A stretch of DNA of 64,000 nt from Atractiella rhizophila (lineage: Eukaryota). Where the stretch lies: assembly GCA_021432655.1 (NCBI GenBank), contig MU271194.1, positions 1 through 64,000 on the forward strand. The letters run 5' to 3'. Below are positions 40,774 through 52,901 of this stretch, piece after piece (the stretch's first letter is position 1; every line of letters starts with the position of its first letter). The translations under genes and the position numbers were made by a program. The notes under the pieces are model-generated. The model was given only the letters and a program-made list of their open reading frames with translations, did no database searches and had not been told where the DNA came from.

Positions 40774-43700
40774 GTTTGCTTATCAAGTAGTATTAGTTGG
40801 CGTAGGTGGTAAGGTGGGGTTGGGTGGAGTTGGCTTTACAACTAAGCAATCAATCGATCTTCGTCGAAGGAAAAGATTCGCTCTGGAGGGGCGGAAGGGT
40901 TTATATAGGGTTGGGGAAGTGAGTCAGGGATGGCAGCCTTACCGCTTGTGCGTTTAGGGCTTCTAATTGAGGGACGTTTGTGCATATGAGGACGTTAGGG
41001 TCATTAGGAAACGCCGATGGGAAAGTAGGGTTGCGCAGAAAGTCGCATCGTACGACCGTTGACGCACATGACTCACATATGACTTGTGAGCACGCTTGTT
41101 GGTTGGATGCATTCCTAGCCGGAACAGGGCTCTTTTTGAGATCCTTGTCCAACCACTGCCAACCGTGAAAATCATCGACGTCGACCAAGCACCATTGTCT
41201 AGGATTGACAGTAATTGGCCAATGAACAAACAATAATTCAACCATTCTCAGAAGATAATGTATTGATCATCAGCCAGTGATGGCCAAGTAAGCACGTCTC
41301 GGCAATGCTTTCACGGCTCGACGATGCTTGAACAAAGCTTGTTGCTACTTGACCACAGTTGAAAGATTATATAAAAACGGCGAAGCGACAGCATGAAAAT
41401 CTACAATAATAATTTTCAAGGTCTGACAATTTCTTAAATATTCAACTCCCAGATGGCACCAGCACACTCAGATTTGGTTCAAATCGTTTGAATTTTTGTA
41501 TCCCGCCTTTCCTACACTCTGTCTCCCTCTCCCTGTCGCTCCTCCTGTTCCCCACGTCCTCCTTCTGCCTCACTTCGCATCCCCTTCGCGATTTCCCATC
41601 CGCGGCTTTCCTCCAGCCTCCAACTGTCCACACACCCTTCCACCGTTACTAAATGTCATAGAGAAGTCGGGAGCCGAGCAGAGGGGATGCGAACGGTCGC
41701 TCGACATAGTTGGCGAAAGTGAGTCGAAGATGATACAGGATGGCTAAAAACATGAGTTGAAGGTGTAAGACGGGGTGGAGAGCAAAGAGTTCGAAGGCGC
41801 ACCTTATTCACGGCCTCGAGGATCGTCAAAATGTTAAAAAAGGGGAGCCAATGGAAGAACTTTAAACGTTTCTAACATAGGCTGGTCAGCTAAGCGAAAG
41901 CGAGCAGGGAGACTCACATGCACAGCAACAGGTTACACTGATAGCAAGACTGTGTGCAGACCTCATTACCATGTAAAGACGAAAGAATGAAACGGCTGAA
42001 AAATGAGAATGAACTTGTTACGTGAGGTGGGATCTTGTGGCTAAAAGATATGTTCAGCTTGTACTGAGCTTCAAAAGCAAGAAATTTATGGTAGCAGACA
42101 AACCAGTCGTGACATCCTAATTGAGAAGAGTGTTTTGTTTCGCAAAAAAAACTTGAATTCGAAAGTTGTGCCAAAGCTGAATAGGACAAGCAAAGCATTC
42201 GCCCAAAAGTTTTGCTTGGTTAATGAACATAGCATATCAGTCGCTGCTAGGATAGAAAGACATCTATTACGTGAGGAAATGCCGAAATTAGAGGAAGGAG
42301 GGAGACTGTTTCTGTATTCCAATTAAACAGCCCATAGGTGTAGTCATTCCAGCTCCTTCACTACAATAGTATCTTGGCTTGAGCCTTAGTGCTCGCATTT
42401 GGTGCTTTTTAGACAACATTTGTGGAAGACACTTCATGAATCTTCAGCTCCAGCCTTCACGCTTGCTTGGAAAACACTAACCCGCTTGCTACAAGCTATA
42501 AACACTTGGAAGAACTTACCTCCCTCCCTTGTTTCATGGCAGAATCCTTGCTACACCTTCTTCAACGTCTTGTAAACCTCATACTCCAAAATACTGATCC
42601 TGCCCATTTGGGTCCTCCATGCTTATCTTGATCCAATCGCAGTCGATGGGGCTTAGGGGGATGTCTAGACAAAGTGCATCGTCCTGGGAGACAAGTTGCG
42701 CACTGTGACTCGAGTTGGAAAGGAAAGGCTGGGGATGGAGAGGGGGAGAGGGAACGGTAAGTCGTCGTCGTTTTCTTTGACGTCAAACGTCGTCAGAAGT
42801 CCAACTTTCGGCAATCGCGCTGTGCGAAGACTGCTCTGAGGGAGACGAAGAACACGCACAAGTGCAGCCTTCAGAGCGCTTCCATCTCCATCTCCCAACC
42901 AACAAAAGATGTGGTGTTTGGATGCCAAAACCAGTGTAACAGCAAAAGACGATGACGGTGACTGCTCATCATGCGAAGTACAATTTATACTGACACTAAC
43001 ACCAAAGTAAGCAATGTGTCAGGTACAGAGGTGAATCATACAAAACTTGAAGTGTTGGGCACCCATGCTTCTCCCTCGACTCTCCTGCCTTCTCATCTGT
43101 TAGAAGAGCACACTTGAGGTAGCAGCTCTGCATCTGAATTACACTCAGAGTCAACGACTTCCACTTCTATCATGGCTCTGAGGGACAACATACCGTTATT
43201 GCGTTTCCTTGGAAGTGATACTCCAAGCCTCCTCATCGCTTCGTCTCTATCCACTCACTTTTGACATATTTCCCTAATCTTGCACTACAGCCGCAGCGGA
43301 GTCGACTGAGGGTTGTGGACAGAGATGTCCCGTCGTTCCATTGTTTTCGATGTTGCCAATGATATGCCTCGCTTGCCATCAGAGTCAACACATCATTGAT
43401 AATGACATTCAAAGTACTAACCATCATTAACACATCAGTGGTTGCAGTGGTCCATTATTTCTGAAGGAGCGATCAACGATGGGCAAGTCCATTAATGATG
43501 GGACAACTGGAGACGGATTATGCATCGATGATTGGTGAGCTAAGCCAAATTGACATCAATTTTGTTTCGGTTGGAGGACAATAGAAAGATTCTTCTCACC
43601 TCCTTGCCACATAAGCCAGCGATCGTTGACAAGCGCAGATAATTGTCGTTGCAGTTGACAATGGTGGGACAATAACGCAACAACAATTTTACAATTTCGG

Positions 43701-44448
43701 GACGGTCGTGGTTGGTTGCTGGTCAAGTTTTGTTTGTCCCCGACGATCGAGCAATGCTCAAGACACAGCAGTACAACCATACGATCACTGTTGAACACGG
43801 TGGTATGCCTTTCCAATCAACGTCCAGTACCTACAAGCATTTTACTGACATTGGACAAGAATCTTGAAAACGGACCCTGTTCCGGCTAGGTTACCATTGA
43901 TCTCCTACTTTTTATTTTTCCAAAGCTCGCAAACCTCTCAATTGAATTGAGCGGAGACAGTCCGAACGGGAGAAGACCATCCATGGAGTGACCTAAGCAC
44001 GTGTGTGACAGTCCAGAAGCACGAACCCGACATTTCTAACCTCAGGAGCATATATGTAGATAGCGTTGAGTGGTACCCTGCCAGAGTTCGAGGAAAAGAG
44101 GACAGGCAATTGCGATACCACCTACGGGCCCCTGTTGTTTGCTATTGTCAGGGAAAATGTCGCGTTCTGTATATTTAACGCTTTCAGACGTACTGATCAG
44201 AATCAGGTTGGGAAATAGCAGAAAATGTGCTAACTACGTTATTTCAGAGACTGTCCCTACCTTGCGCAAGATAGAACATAACAGCGACATAATGTGTCTG
44301 TCTCTCTACTCGAACTTCAAGCTTTTCGGCGAGATTATCGTTCTGAAGTCAATATCGTGATAGCATGATAAATATACACAGCGGTCATTATGATGATCCC
44401 TCTTCGTAAACCCCAACTGTCGATCCCAAACACAACAACTCATCCGCG

Positions 44449-47091
44449 TCAGAGCGAATATAAGAAGTCTGTCCCAAATTTCAGTCACGACACTCCTTTG
44501 CAAAGGAAACAGTAGAATTGCTCACCTTCATTTTGTAGATCCGTCATGTCCAAGAAGGCATTGCTGTTATGAACGCCCGTCTTTCCCTCCGCCTCATCCA
44601 ACCTCTTCTGCTTCTCCATCAACTCCCTCATCTTGCTATCAGACACCAAACTCAAGTCGACGACCTTTGCGCTCTTGCCTAACGATACGCGTTTGCGCTC
44701 GTGGAGCTTGTTGAGGAAGATGAGGTAGAAGAAGGTGAGCACCGTGAGGCCGGTGAGGATGGCGAGCAAGATCAGATTGGCCGTTAGACCCCGGTGGTAT
44801 TCTGGATTCAGTTTTAGTGAGTTCATTGAAATGAAAGGAGGGGTGAAGACGAACCTGGAGCCTCGTTGGCGTGGTACAGTTGTGGGCCGACGATGTTGCC
44901 CACGCTCTGGCCGACGAAAAGGATACCAGTGGTAGTCAACTTCTTAGTGTGTCCAGCGGTGTTACTGCTGGACCAGACGTATACCACCGGAGAGATTGCG
45001 ACGTAGACGGAGAGGACATAGTAAGCGGCTAGCAATCTATTTCACAGCAACCAGAAAAAGGTATCAGGTCCCATCCTTCCAGATAGAACGTGAGGAAAGG
45101 AATGGAAAGAGGTAACGCACGAGTTCCTATGTTCGGCTCCACGAGGTAAAGCGTAAAGAGCTCCCGCACCAGCTAGCGGGAAGAGGCAGAGAGTGAACAA
45201 GACTGGACCCTTCCTGTGGGTGTACTGGACGACCAGGGCGGCGATTATGGAGGAGCACATCTGGATGGCACCGGGGATCATATTGTGAAGGATCGTTTGG
45301 AACGGCTTTTCACGACAAGGTGGAACGGTTAGCTCCCTTGTTCACTTCAAGTGCAAGGAGGAGTAGGATACGCACGTTGTACCCGAATCCTTTGAGGATG
45401 AGAGGTCCGAATGTAGTGATCCTTTAACGCGGCGAATCAGCTTTCCCGACGCCGCGATGGATAAAAGGAAGACGGCGCACCCTCCACTGACAGTTGAGAT
45501 GCTACAAATCGTCTCTCAGCACCGTATTAGGATCAAAGTGATAAAACTCACCAGAAGATGAGGGAGAACCAAAGCCAAGTCTTGACATCCAAGAACGCCT
45601 ACAAGACCACGTCAACACTCCTTTTCCTTTCCTTCCTTTGAGGAACCGGGGCAGAAAGAGACGGACCTCCCGGCATTGTGCCCACTTCCACTCCTTGGTC
45701 TCCGTCCCCGTATTGTTCGCTCTCACCCTCTCAATCGCCACGATCTTCTCTTCATGGGTCAAAAACTTTGCTCCACTGTATCACAACACATGAACAGATC
45801 AGATGTCGTCCTTTCGAAGGGAAGGGAGAAGGGGTGAGACGCACGAAGGACTGTCGGGCATGACGAGGACCAAGGGGAGTGCGAGGGCTACTGTGAGACA
45901 TCCGCAGAAGAGGAAAATGATTTGGTCTGCATTTCGCGATCCGCGCAAACAAATCAGCTCCATACGTGACGATGAAGAGAGGGGACGTACAGGGATGAAG
46001 TGTGTCGGAATGGATGTGTCCCAATCCGTAAGAAAGCAGCGAACCTGATCACCAAAGCTGGGGTTAGGGTCGTTGCTCCTCCTTTTGATGGAGAGCGCAC
46101 CGAGAATGTTCACCAATCCTAAACGATCCACGAGTGAGCATAGTTCAAACATCCCAGAGAATAGAATATAAAACAGAAAGGAAGCGCACCATTCATGCTA
46201 TACCACAACGCGGTCCTCAAGGGTTGTTCCCTCCTCCGCCAAAACATCGCAGTCCTTCACCCGGCACAACACTCATGTCAGACAAAATAACTCTCGGAAA
46301 AGATAAGGAAGGGAAGGAGGAGGATGTACAAAGTCACGAAGGTGGGAGCCACGGTTGCTTCGCATGCACCGAGGAAGAATCTGGCCGTTGCGAGTCCTCC
46401 AAAGCTTTTAGCAGAAGCCATGCACGCCAGTACCTATGTACCATCCCAGCATTTAGCATCGACTCTCTCATACCAAACAAGGCGAGAAGGAAAGGGAAGG
46501 AAGACGCACGATTCCCCAACCCAAAAAGTTGGCACTGAGCCATTTACCGGGTGGAAACCTGACCAATGCATAGGATGACAGAGGCTGGAAGACGAGTTGG
46601 GCGAAGTAGACGATGGAGCCGAGCCAGGAGTATTGTTGGCCGTGCAAGTGCGCGTCGGCTTGGATGCCAAAGACGGCGGAGAAGGAAAGGGCTGATTTGC
46701 TGCACGGTTCGAATTTAGCTAATGAAACAATAAATGGAGGGAGGGCTCACTCGAGTTGTTGGAGGAAGTAGACGGCCTGTGTGAAGATTCAGAATGAATA
46801 AAATATAATAGAGCGCGCGTTTGAAGGAGAGAGGGAGGGAAGACGTACGAGCATGGGAGGCAATAACCAGGTGTCGATCTTCCTCAAAACCCTCTTACTC
46901 TCCTCCTCGCTGATCTCCCTCGGCTTATCCAATCCCTCACCCAGAATAGCAGCCGCCGCATCCAACGACTGAAACTTGTTCTCTCCCCCATGTGTCGTCT
47001 GCGACTTTTCATCATGCGAGAGCGAAGGCGACAGGTCCTTCTCCAACGACGACGGCGAGAACTCGTCTGCTGACTTGACTGACCCAGGCAT
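44449..47091 (-). CDS. MFS transporter, anion:cation symporter (DAL5/allantoate permease-like) family
   Basis: KRVLRKIDTWLLPPM, YSWLGSIVYFAQLVFQP, RFLLGACEA, MPDSPS.AKFL..EEKIVAIERVRANNTG, WSSSNTAGHTKK, GNIVGPQLY, and C-terminal AFLDMTDLQNEDFLYSL*. Confidence 0.9.
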
Positions 47092-47219
47092 GTTGACTTC
47101 ACTAGCACTAATAGCCTTTCGAAACCAAACCAACTAGCTTGACCGCTTGGGGTTGAAGCAAAGTTAAGCGCTGGACTGGCTGGCGAGAAGAGCGAGCTAG
47201 ATAAAGGCAGATGAAAAGC

Positions 47220-47562
47220 GCGGGGAAGACGCGGGGTGCGAAGCAGGGAAGGATCCGGCGAGGTGACTGCCGGGAGAGGCGCGGGAGGCAGGAAGCGAAG
47301 CGGAATGGTGATCTCGAGGATAATTAATTGTCCGATGCAGGTAGTAATTATCCACATTCCAACCACATTTCAGCGAATGACTCAATGCCTCAAATGCGTG
47401 GGGGAGCTCCATTCGGGTGAGATGAGCGAGTGCCCCGACGCCGCCCGCGGGGGATGGGAAGGCTGAAGCAGGGAAGAAGTTAAGTGGAAGCAAAGGATGG
47501 TGGTGGTATGGCTGAAGGAGCAGGAAGTCGGAGTGGGGGTGTTGCCTCACTCTTCTGTGGGG
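47220..47562 (+). promoter_or_regulatory. Cluster of six SYGGGG (CreA/Mig1-type) sites in the MFS/GH31 divergent promoter
   Basis: GCGGGG at 47220, 47231 and 47447, and GTGGGG at 47398, 47533 and 47557, all on one strand within 343 nt. Confidence 0.5.
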
Positions 47563-47669
47563 AGATTCCAACACTCAAATATCGCGTCAATTCCAACATC
47601 ACGTCCTCTTTCAAACCTTCAACATCTTCAACATCTGAAGACGTCTAAGAGTTCGAAGAATCATTAATC

Positions 47670-50500
47670 ATGCGTGAAATCCTCCTCGAAGGCTTCTCCC
47701 TTGCCAGCGACACCGGCAACGGCATCCACCTCGCCAATCCCAAGGGCTACCAGCTCTCCCTCGATCTGGTGCATTCATCATCCTCTGACACCACCACAGG
47801 ACCAATCTTCCGTCTCCGCCTCTTCCATCCCGTCCACCGTCCCCTCCCCAAGCTCATCAAGCCCTCTCCCTTCTCTTCCTCCTCCCTCGTCCCATCCACC
47901 AAGATCTCCGAACCTCTGCTGTTCTGAAGAGCGAAGATGGAAAGATCGAGGCGAGGTTGGAGTGGAAAGGAGCGCCAGTTCTGAGTATTGTGGATGTAGA
48001 GAGCGGAGTGAAAGTGCATGAAGATCTTCCCAATCGGTTCGTCCCTTCCTTTCCTTCATATCATCAAATTGATGGTAATGGTTGTATAGTTCTTATTCCC
48101 TCACCGCCCACGGCATCCGTCATTACTCCCGCCTCGACCGTTCCTCCCTCTACCTTGGCCTAGGCGAGGTAACAGCACCATTAAACCTGAACGGTCGCTC
48201 CTTCACCCTCCGTCCCACCGACGCCGCCTCGTACGACAGCTACCACTCCGATCCACTCTACAAACACACGCCCTTCCTCCTCACCGTCCCACGCACGCGC
48301 CAAACTAGCATTGCGAGTGCGATCTACTCTTCTTCCAAATCAGACAGCAGTTTCGACCTCGGACAAACTATCGATGAGCCGTGGGGAACTTTCAAGATCC
48401 TCGACGTCGAAACCGGCGGTTTGGAGCTCTTTTTCTTCTCTGGACCCTACATTCCATCCCTTCAACCCTCAGTAAACTGGTAGGCAAACCCATGCTCCCT
48501 CCCCGCTGGTCCCTTGGTTACCTCGCAAGCTCGATGGGTCTAGCCGAGTCTGACGATCCGCCAGCTCAAGAATTGATGGAAGGGTTCCTGGACAAGTTGG
48601 AGAAATATAACATACCCTGTTCTTCCATGCACCTCTCTTCTGGTTATACTGTCACGAAGACCCAAGCTGGGTATTCGAGGAACGTGTTCACTCTCAACAA
48701 GGAGAGGTTTCCCGACTTCTCTGGATTTTGTGCAAAATACCATCAGAGAGGATTGAGGATCGTGCCAAACATTAAACCGTACCTCATTTCTCATCATCCA
48801 GACTATGATGGCCTAGTTAAGGGAAAAGGACTCTTTGTGGATCCAGAGACGAAGGAACAGGTTAAGACGATGATTTGGGCGGCGGGCATTGGAGAGACGT
48901 TGAAGGGAAGTTGGGCGGATACGAGCTCGAGAGAGGGATGGAAGTGGTGGTATGAGGGAGCGTCGAAGTTGATACAGATGGGAGTGGACGGTTTGTGGAA
49001 GTGTGTCTTCCTCCCTTCCTTCCTTATCAGGCTTGGCTAATTCACCTCATGAATTCGGCAGCGACAACGACGAGTACTCGCTCCACGACGACAGGTACGA
49101 AGCGGCATGGGACCTTCCCTCTCTCTCCAAAAACGAAGATGGATCCACAGCTTCCACTTCCACTCCCATCCCCGTCGGACGGGTGGGAAGGATGGCTTTC
49201 AACGAGCTCCTCGGCGCAGCGTCCCACCAAGCCTTGCTAGACAACTCCAAGGGAAGGAGACCTTTCATCCTCACTCGATCTGCGAGCTTGGACACGATGC
49301 AATACGTGTGTTCGACGTGGAGCGGAGACAATTATTCGAATTGGAAGACCCTCAAGGGTAATACTATCATGACGATCAATGCGTCCATTTCTGGGTATCA
49401 TAGTTATGGGTCAGATGTTGGGGGATTCGTATGTCTTTTCTCACTTTTCTTCTCGATTCTTTTCCTTTGTTGTAGACGCATGGAACGCTGATGGTATTGG
49501 TGGACAGGCTGGACCGTTGCCTTCCCCCGAGCTCTTTTTGAGGTGGTGCCAAATCAACGCTTACCAGACTCGCTTCTCTGTACGCATCTCCACCTTCCCT
49601 CTCACACAGACTAACAGCCTAATATAACTTCAGATCCACTCCTACAAGCCGAATGCAAACGATCCCACCGGGCAAGCGACCGTCAACTCTCCCTGGATGT
49701 ACCCCCAAATCCTACCCCTCGTCCGATCGGTGATCCAACGTCGATACGAACTCATACCGTACTTCTACGCGCTCGCACACGAGAGCACAGCCCTATCCTC
49801 TCCACCCGTAACGCCCCTCTTCTGGCCTCCATTCCAACAGGATCCCGAAGCGCTCAGCGATGCAGTCGTAGATGGAGCAGACTTTTGGTTGGGCACAGGA
49901 AGGATTTTGGTTGCGGGAGCATTTGAGGAGGGAACGACGAAAAGGGAAGTGTATCTCCCGAAATCTAAGGATGGGAAGGAAGAGAGCTACTTCATGCTCT
50001 TCCCACCGTACGATGTCGTCCCTGCCGGACAGAGAATCACGGTGCCGACGCCGTTGGAACACATCGCTGTCTTCGCGAGGAGCGGGACGGTGCTCCCGAT
50101 TGGAAAACCGTGTGCGACCATTACTTCCGAATTCGATCGGAAGACGAACGACGGGACCACGGTGGAGGTCAAAGCGGGATTGGTGGAGTTGGATGATTGG
50201 AGAGGGGTCGAGATCTTCCCGCCGAGTGGGGAGACAGAGTGGTATGGTTACGAGTGGACGGAGGACGATGGAGAATCTACTTGGCCTTGTCCTGTCTCGA
50301 GGATTAGGTTGGAGTATAGAGGGTTGAAGGAGACGGTTGAGGTGAAGGCAGCTTGGAAGGAGAGAGCGTTTGAGACGTTGTGGAAGACGCTGTGGGTCGT
50401 GTTACCGTTTGGAGAGGAGAGAGAGGTGAAAGGTGCCAAGGGAACCAGGACACATAGGGATGGGAGGACGATTTATGAGATTGAAGTAAGGAATGCTTAA
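47670..50500 (+). CDS. Glycoside hydrolase family 31, Aec37-like subgroup, no signal peptide (two apparent frameshifts in the 5' part)
   Basis: YLGLGE, DPLYKHTPF, PRWSLGY, IPCSSMHLSSGYT, NKERFPD, PNIKPYL, nucleophile motif GVDGLWNDNDEY (across an intron), RPFILTRS, acid/base WSGDN, GSDVGGF.GP, and RRYELIPYFY. Confidence 0.9.
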
Positions 50501-50723
50501 AATTAAAATTTACTGTGACACTTGTAGCGTGTGTATTTGTTTGATAAAAAAGGATCATGCAATCGGAGTAAAATTGATCAAACATTTTGTTGAACAATTT
50601 TGCTGTAACTGAATCACCAGCAGGACAAAGTAGGCTGTCAAATCCCTTACGTCTTTTGTTCTCTCGCAGCAAACCTTATCCTAGATAGATAATTTCTCAC
50701 TCCTGTATCTTCATCTTGTTTCA

Positions 50724-51827
50724 ATGGGCCGCACGGACTCTGCCTTCAAAAAGAAAGGGAAAGGGAAACTCCAGCCGTCCTCTCAGGGCGAATCCTCAAA
50801 GGATCATCACGAAGCTGGTCATGGCAAGCTGCCGCGCAAGATTCGACGGAAACTGTACTTGGATTCTCTCAAGTCCTCCTCCGCCTCTACTTCGTCGGGC
50901 ACTTCATCAACCGTCAATTCAAAGTCTAAATCCAACTCGAAGTTACTTCCCAAAGTCACTCGCTCTGATGGCTCTACCGCACATTCTCGCCTCATTTCTT
51001 CCTACCATGCACTCTTGAAGAAGCTTTCTTCTCCCTCTCTATCTCCTGGTGAGAGGGTCAAGTTGAAGAGAGAATTAGAGGCGTTAGGAGGCGTGAAAGC
51101 TTATCAGGAGGCGAGCACCAAGGGTGGGCGGGGCGAGGAGGGGGATGGATGGTTGATTCGCTATCTTACTGCTCAACAGCAGGCACACGAGGTGGAATTG
51201 GAAAGGGGGATGGGGATACGAGTGTTGGACGTTGGATCTATACTCGGCACGTCCTATAAAGGTCGCAAAGCGAGACGGCTTGGTATTAAGGCGGACTATA
51301 TCGATTTACATCCTGCACCGGACTCTACAGAAGTGGTGCAAGCTGACTTTCTGACGTTTTCTCCTCCATTGGATGTCTCGGAGGACTCAGAAGGAGGATA
51401 TGATATTGTTTCTCTCTCCCTCGTACTAAATTTTGTCGGTTCCTTGAGCGATCGCTGTATGTGCCTTCTTCCTTTTGTCAGGATTAATCTAACCATCTAA
51501 CCATGTTGGATGTGAACTGCAGCCAAAATGCTCTTACGCGCTCATTCCTTCCTCCGTCCCACTTCTCCATACCGTCTACTATATCTCGTCCTCCCCACTC
51601 CCTGTCTCTCAAACTCTCGGTATATGGATCATTCTCGCATGCGAGGGATAGTGGAAGCATGCAACTACGAGGTTGTGAAGCAGGAGGAGAGTAAGGGAGG
51701 GAAGCTGAGCTACTGGTTGTTGAGATGGAACACAGTGTTTGGCGTGAAGACGGGAGAAGAGGGGAGATGGAAGAGGGTGGAGGTGAGAGGCGGAGTGGAT
51801 AGAAACAATTTTTGTATCGTCCTCTGA
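50724..51827 (+). CDS. BMT2: 25S rRNA (adenine-N1)-methyltransferase Bmt2
   Basis: LISSYHALLK, LGGVKAYQEAS, VLDVGS, IDL, QADFL, YDIVSLSLVLNFV, LYLVLPTPCLSNSRY, and C-terminal RNNFCIVL*. Confidence 0.9.
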
Positions 51828-51997
51828 ATACTGTAACTAAATCGTTTCGTTCGCCACGATATCCTCGCAAAGGGAGGGTGCTAAACAACGGCATATCACG
51901 GTATCCTAATACATCTCCATTCTGCTTTTCTACAAATACATTCACCCGCCCCGAATACAGTGGTCCATCAATCCAAACCATTTCTAGATTCGACTCT

Positions 51998-52901
51998 TCA
52001 ACCACGTTTAGGAGCGCTCGGCGGCGGCGGCAGGAGGGGCAACAACCCTCCACCAGTAGTAGAAGCCGGAGGCGGTCGCTCCCTCTTCTTGCCACCTTTG
52101 CCACCAATCGAGACGGTTATCGTTTGGCCTTCCTTGAGTGAAAAGTCGCGGGACGGAGCTGCGGGTAAGGAGGAAGAGGAGGCTTCGTCCGTGGGAGGAA
52201 GTGAGACGCGTCTGTCGAGCAGCGATTCAGCTCATTTCGTGCGAGTGAGGAAGAGAAGATGAGGAGACGCACTTCCGCCAGTCTTGTAGGACTACGTTGA
52301 AATCGAAGGCTTCTCCACGCTCGGCGAAGCCCATTCCGATGAAGGCGTGTTTGCCCGTATCTTTGTCTACTATCTTGAGAATGAAATACCTGTCCACACC
52401 ATCCGTCGAGGAATCAATCAATCAATAGCTCTACAGCCTTTCCACGACAGTACCCAGTCGCAAGGCAGAGACACGTACCGTGAACTATCCAGCACAGGCT
52501 CCACCTGCGCTTCCCAGTTCTTCTCGTCGTAAGGACACTGCGCAAACACGTCGCCGCTCGTCGCTTCCTCCAATTGGATGGTGAGGGTAGGACTAGATGA
52601 AGCAGACAGCGTGGATTTCTCTAGGATCCGTAAACGGCCAGACCAGAGGAAAGCATTGAGATCGCCCCATTCTGCTGCCTGTCCGATCGAAACATCAACT
52701 CCTTATTCATGCCTGATTGCTCGTTGATCAAAAACGGACCTTGTACCCTGCGGTGGAGGTGCGTGGAGGGAGTCTGTATACTATCCAGAGAGATATGGGA
52801 GCTAGATGAGCTAAATGCGGCTAAAGGGAGAGTTAGGAGCAAGGCCAACCGTAGGTTTCTCGTGCGACGAAAAGGACGGATTCGTAAGTGTCGTCTTCCA
52901 T
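51998..52901 (-). CDS. Adaptin ear-binding coat-associated protein (NECAP, DUF1681)
   Basis: YESVLFVARE, GDVFAQCPY, VEPVLDSSRYFILKIVD..TGKHAFIGMGFAERGEAFDFNVVLQDW, RDFSLKEGQTITVSIG, LLPPPPS. Confidence 0.9.

Noticed and set aside
47670..50500. GH31 as a sulfoquinovosidase (suggested by the anion-type transporter)
   Set aside because: The nucleophile motif is WNDNDE, not the WMADFGE type of YihQ-like sulfoquinovosidases.
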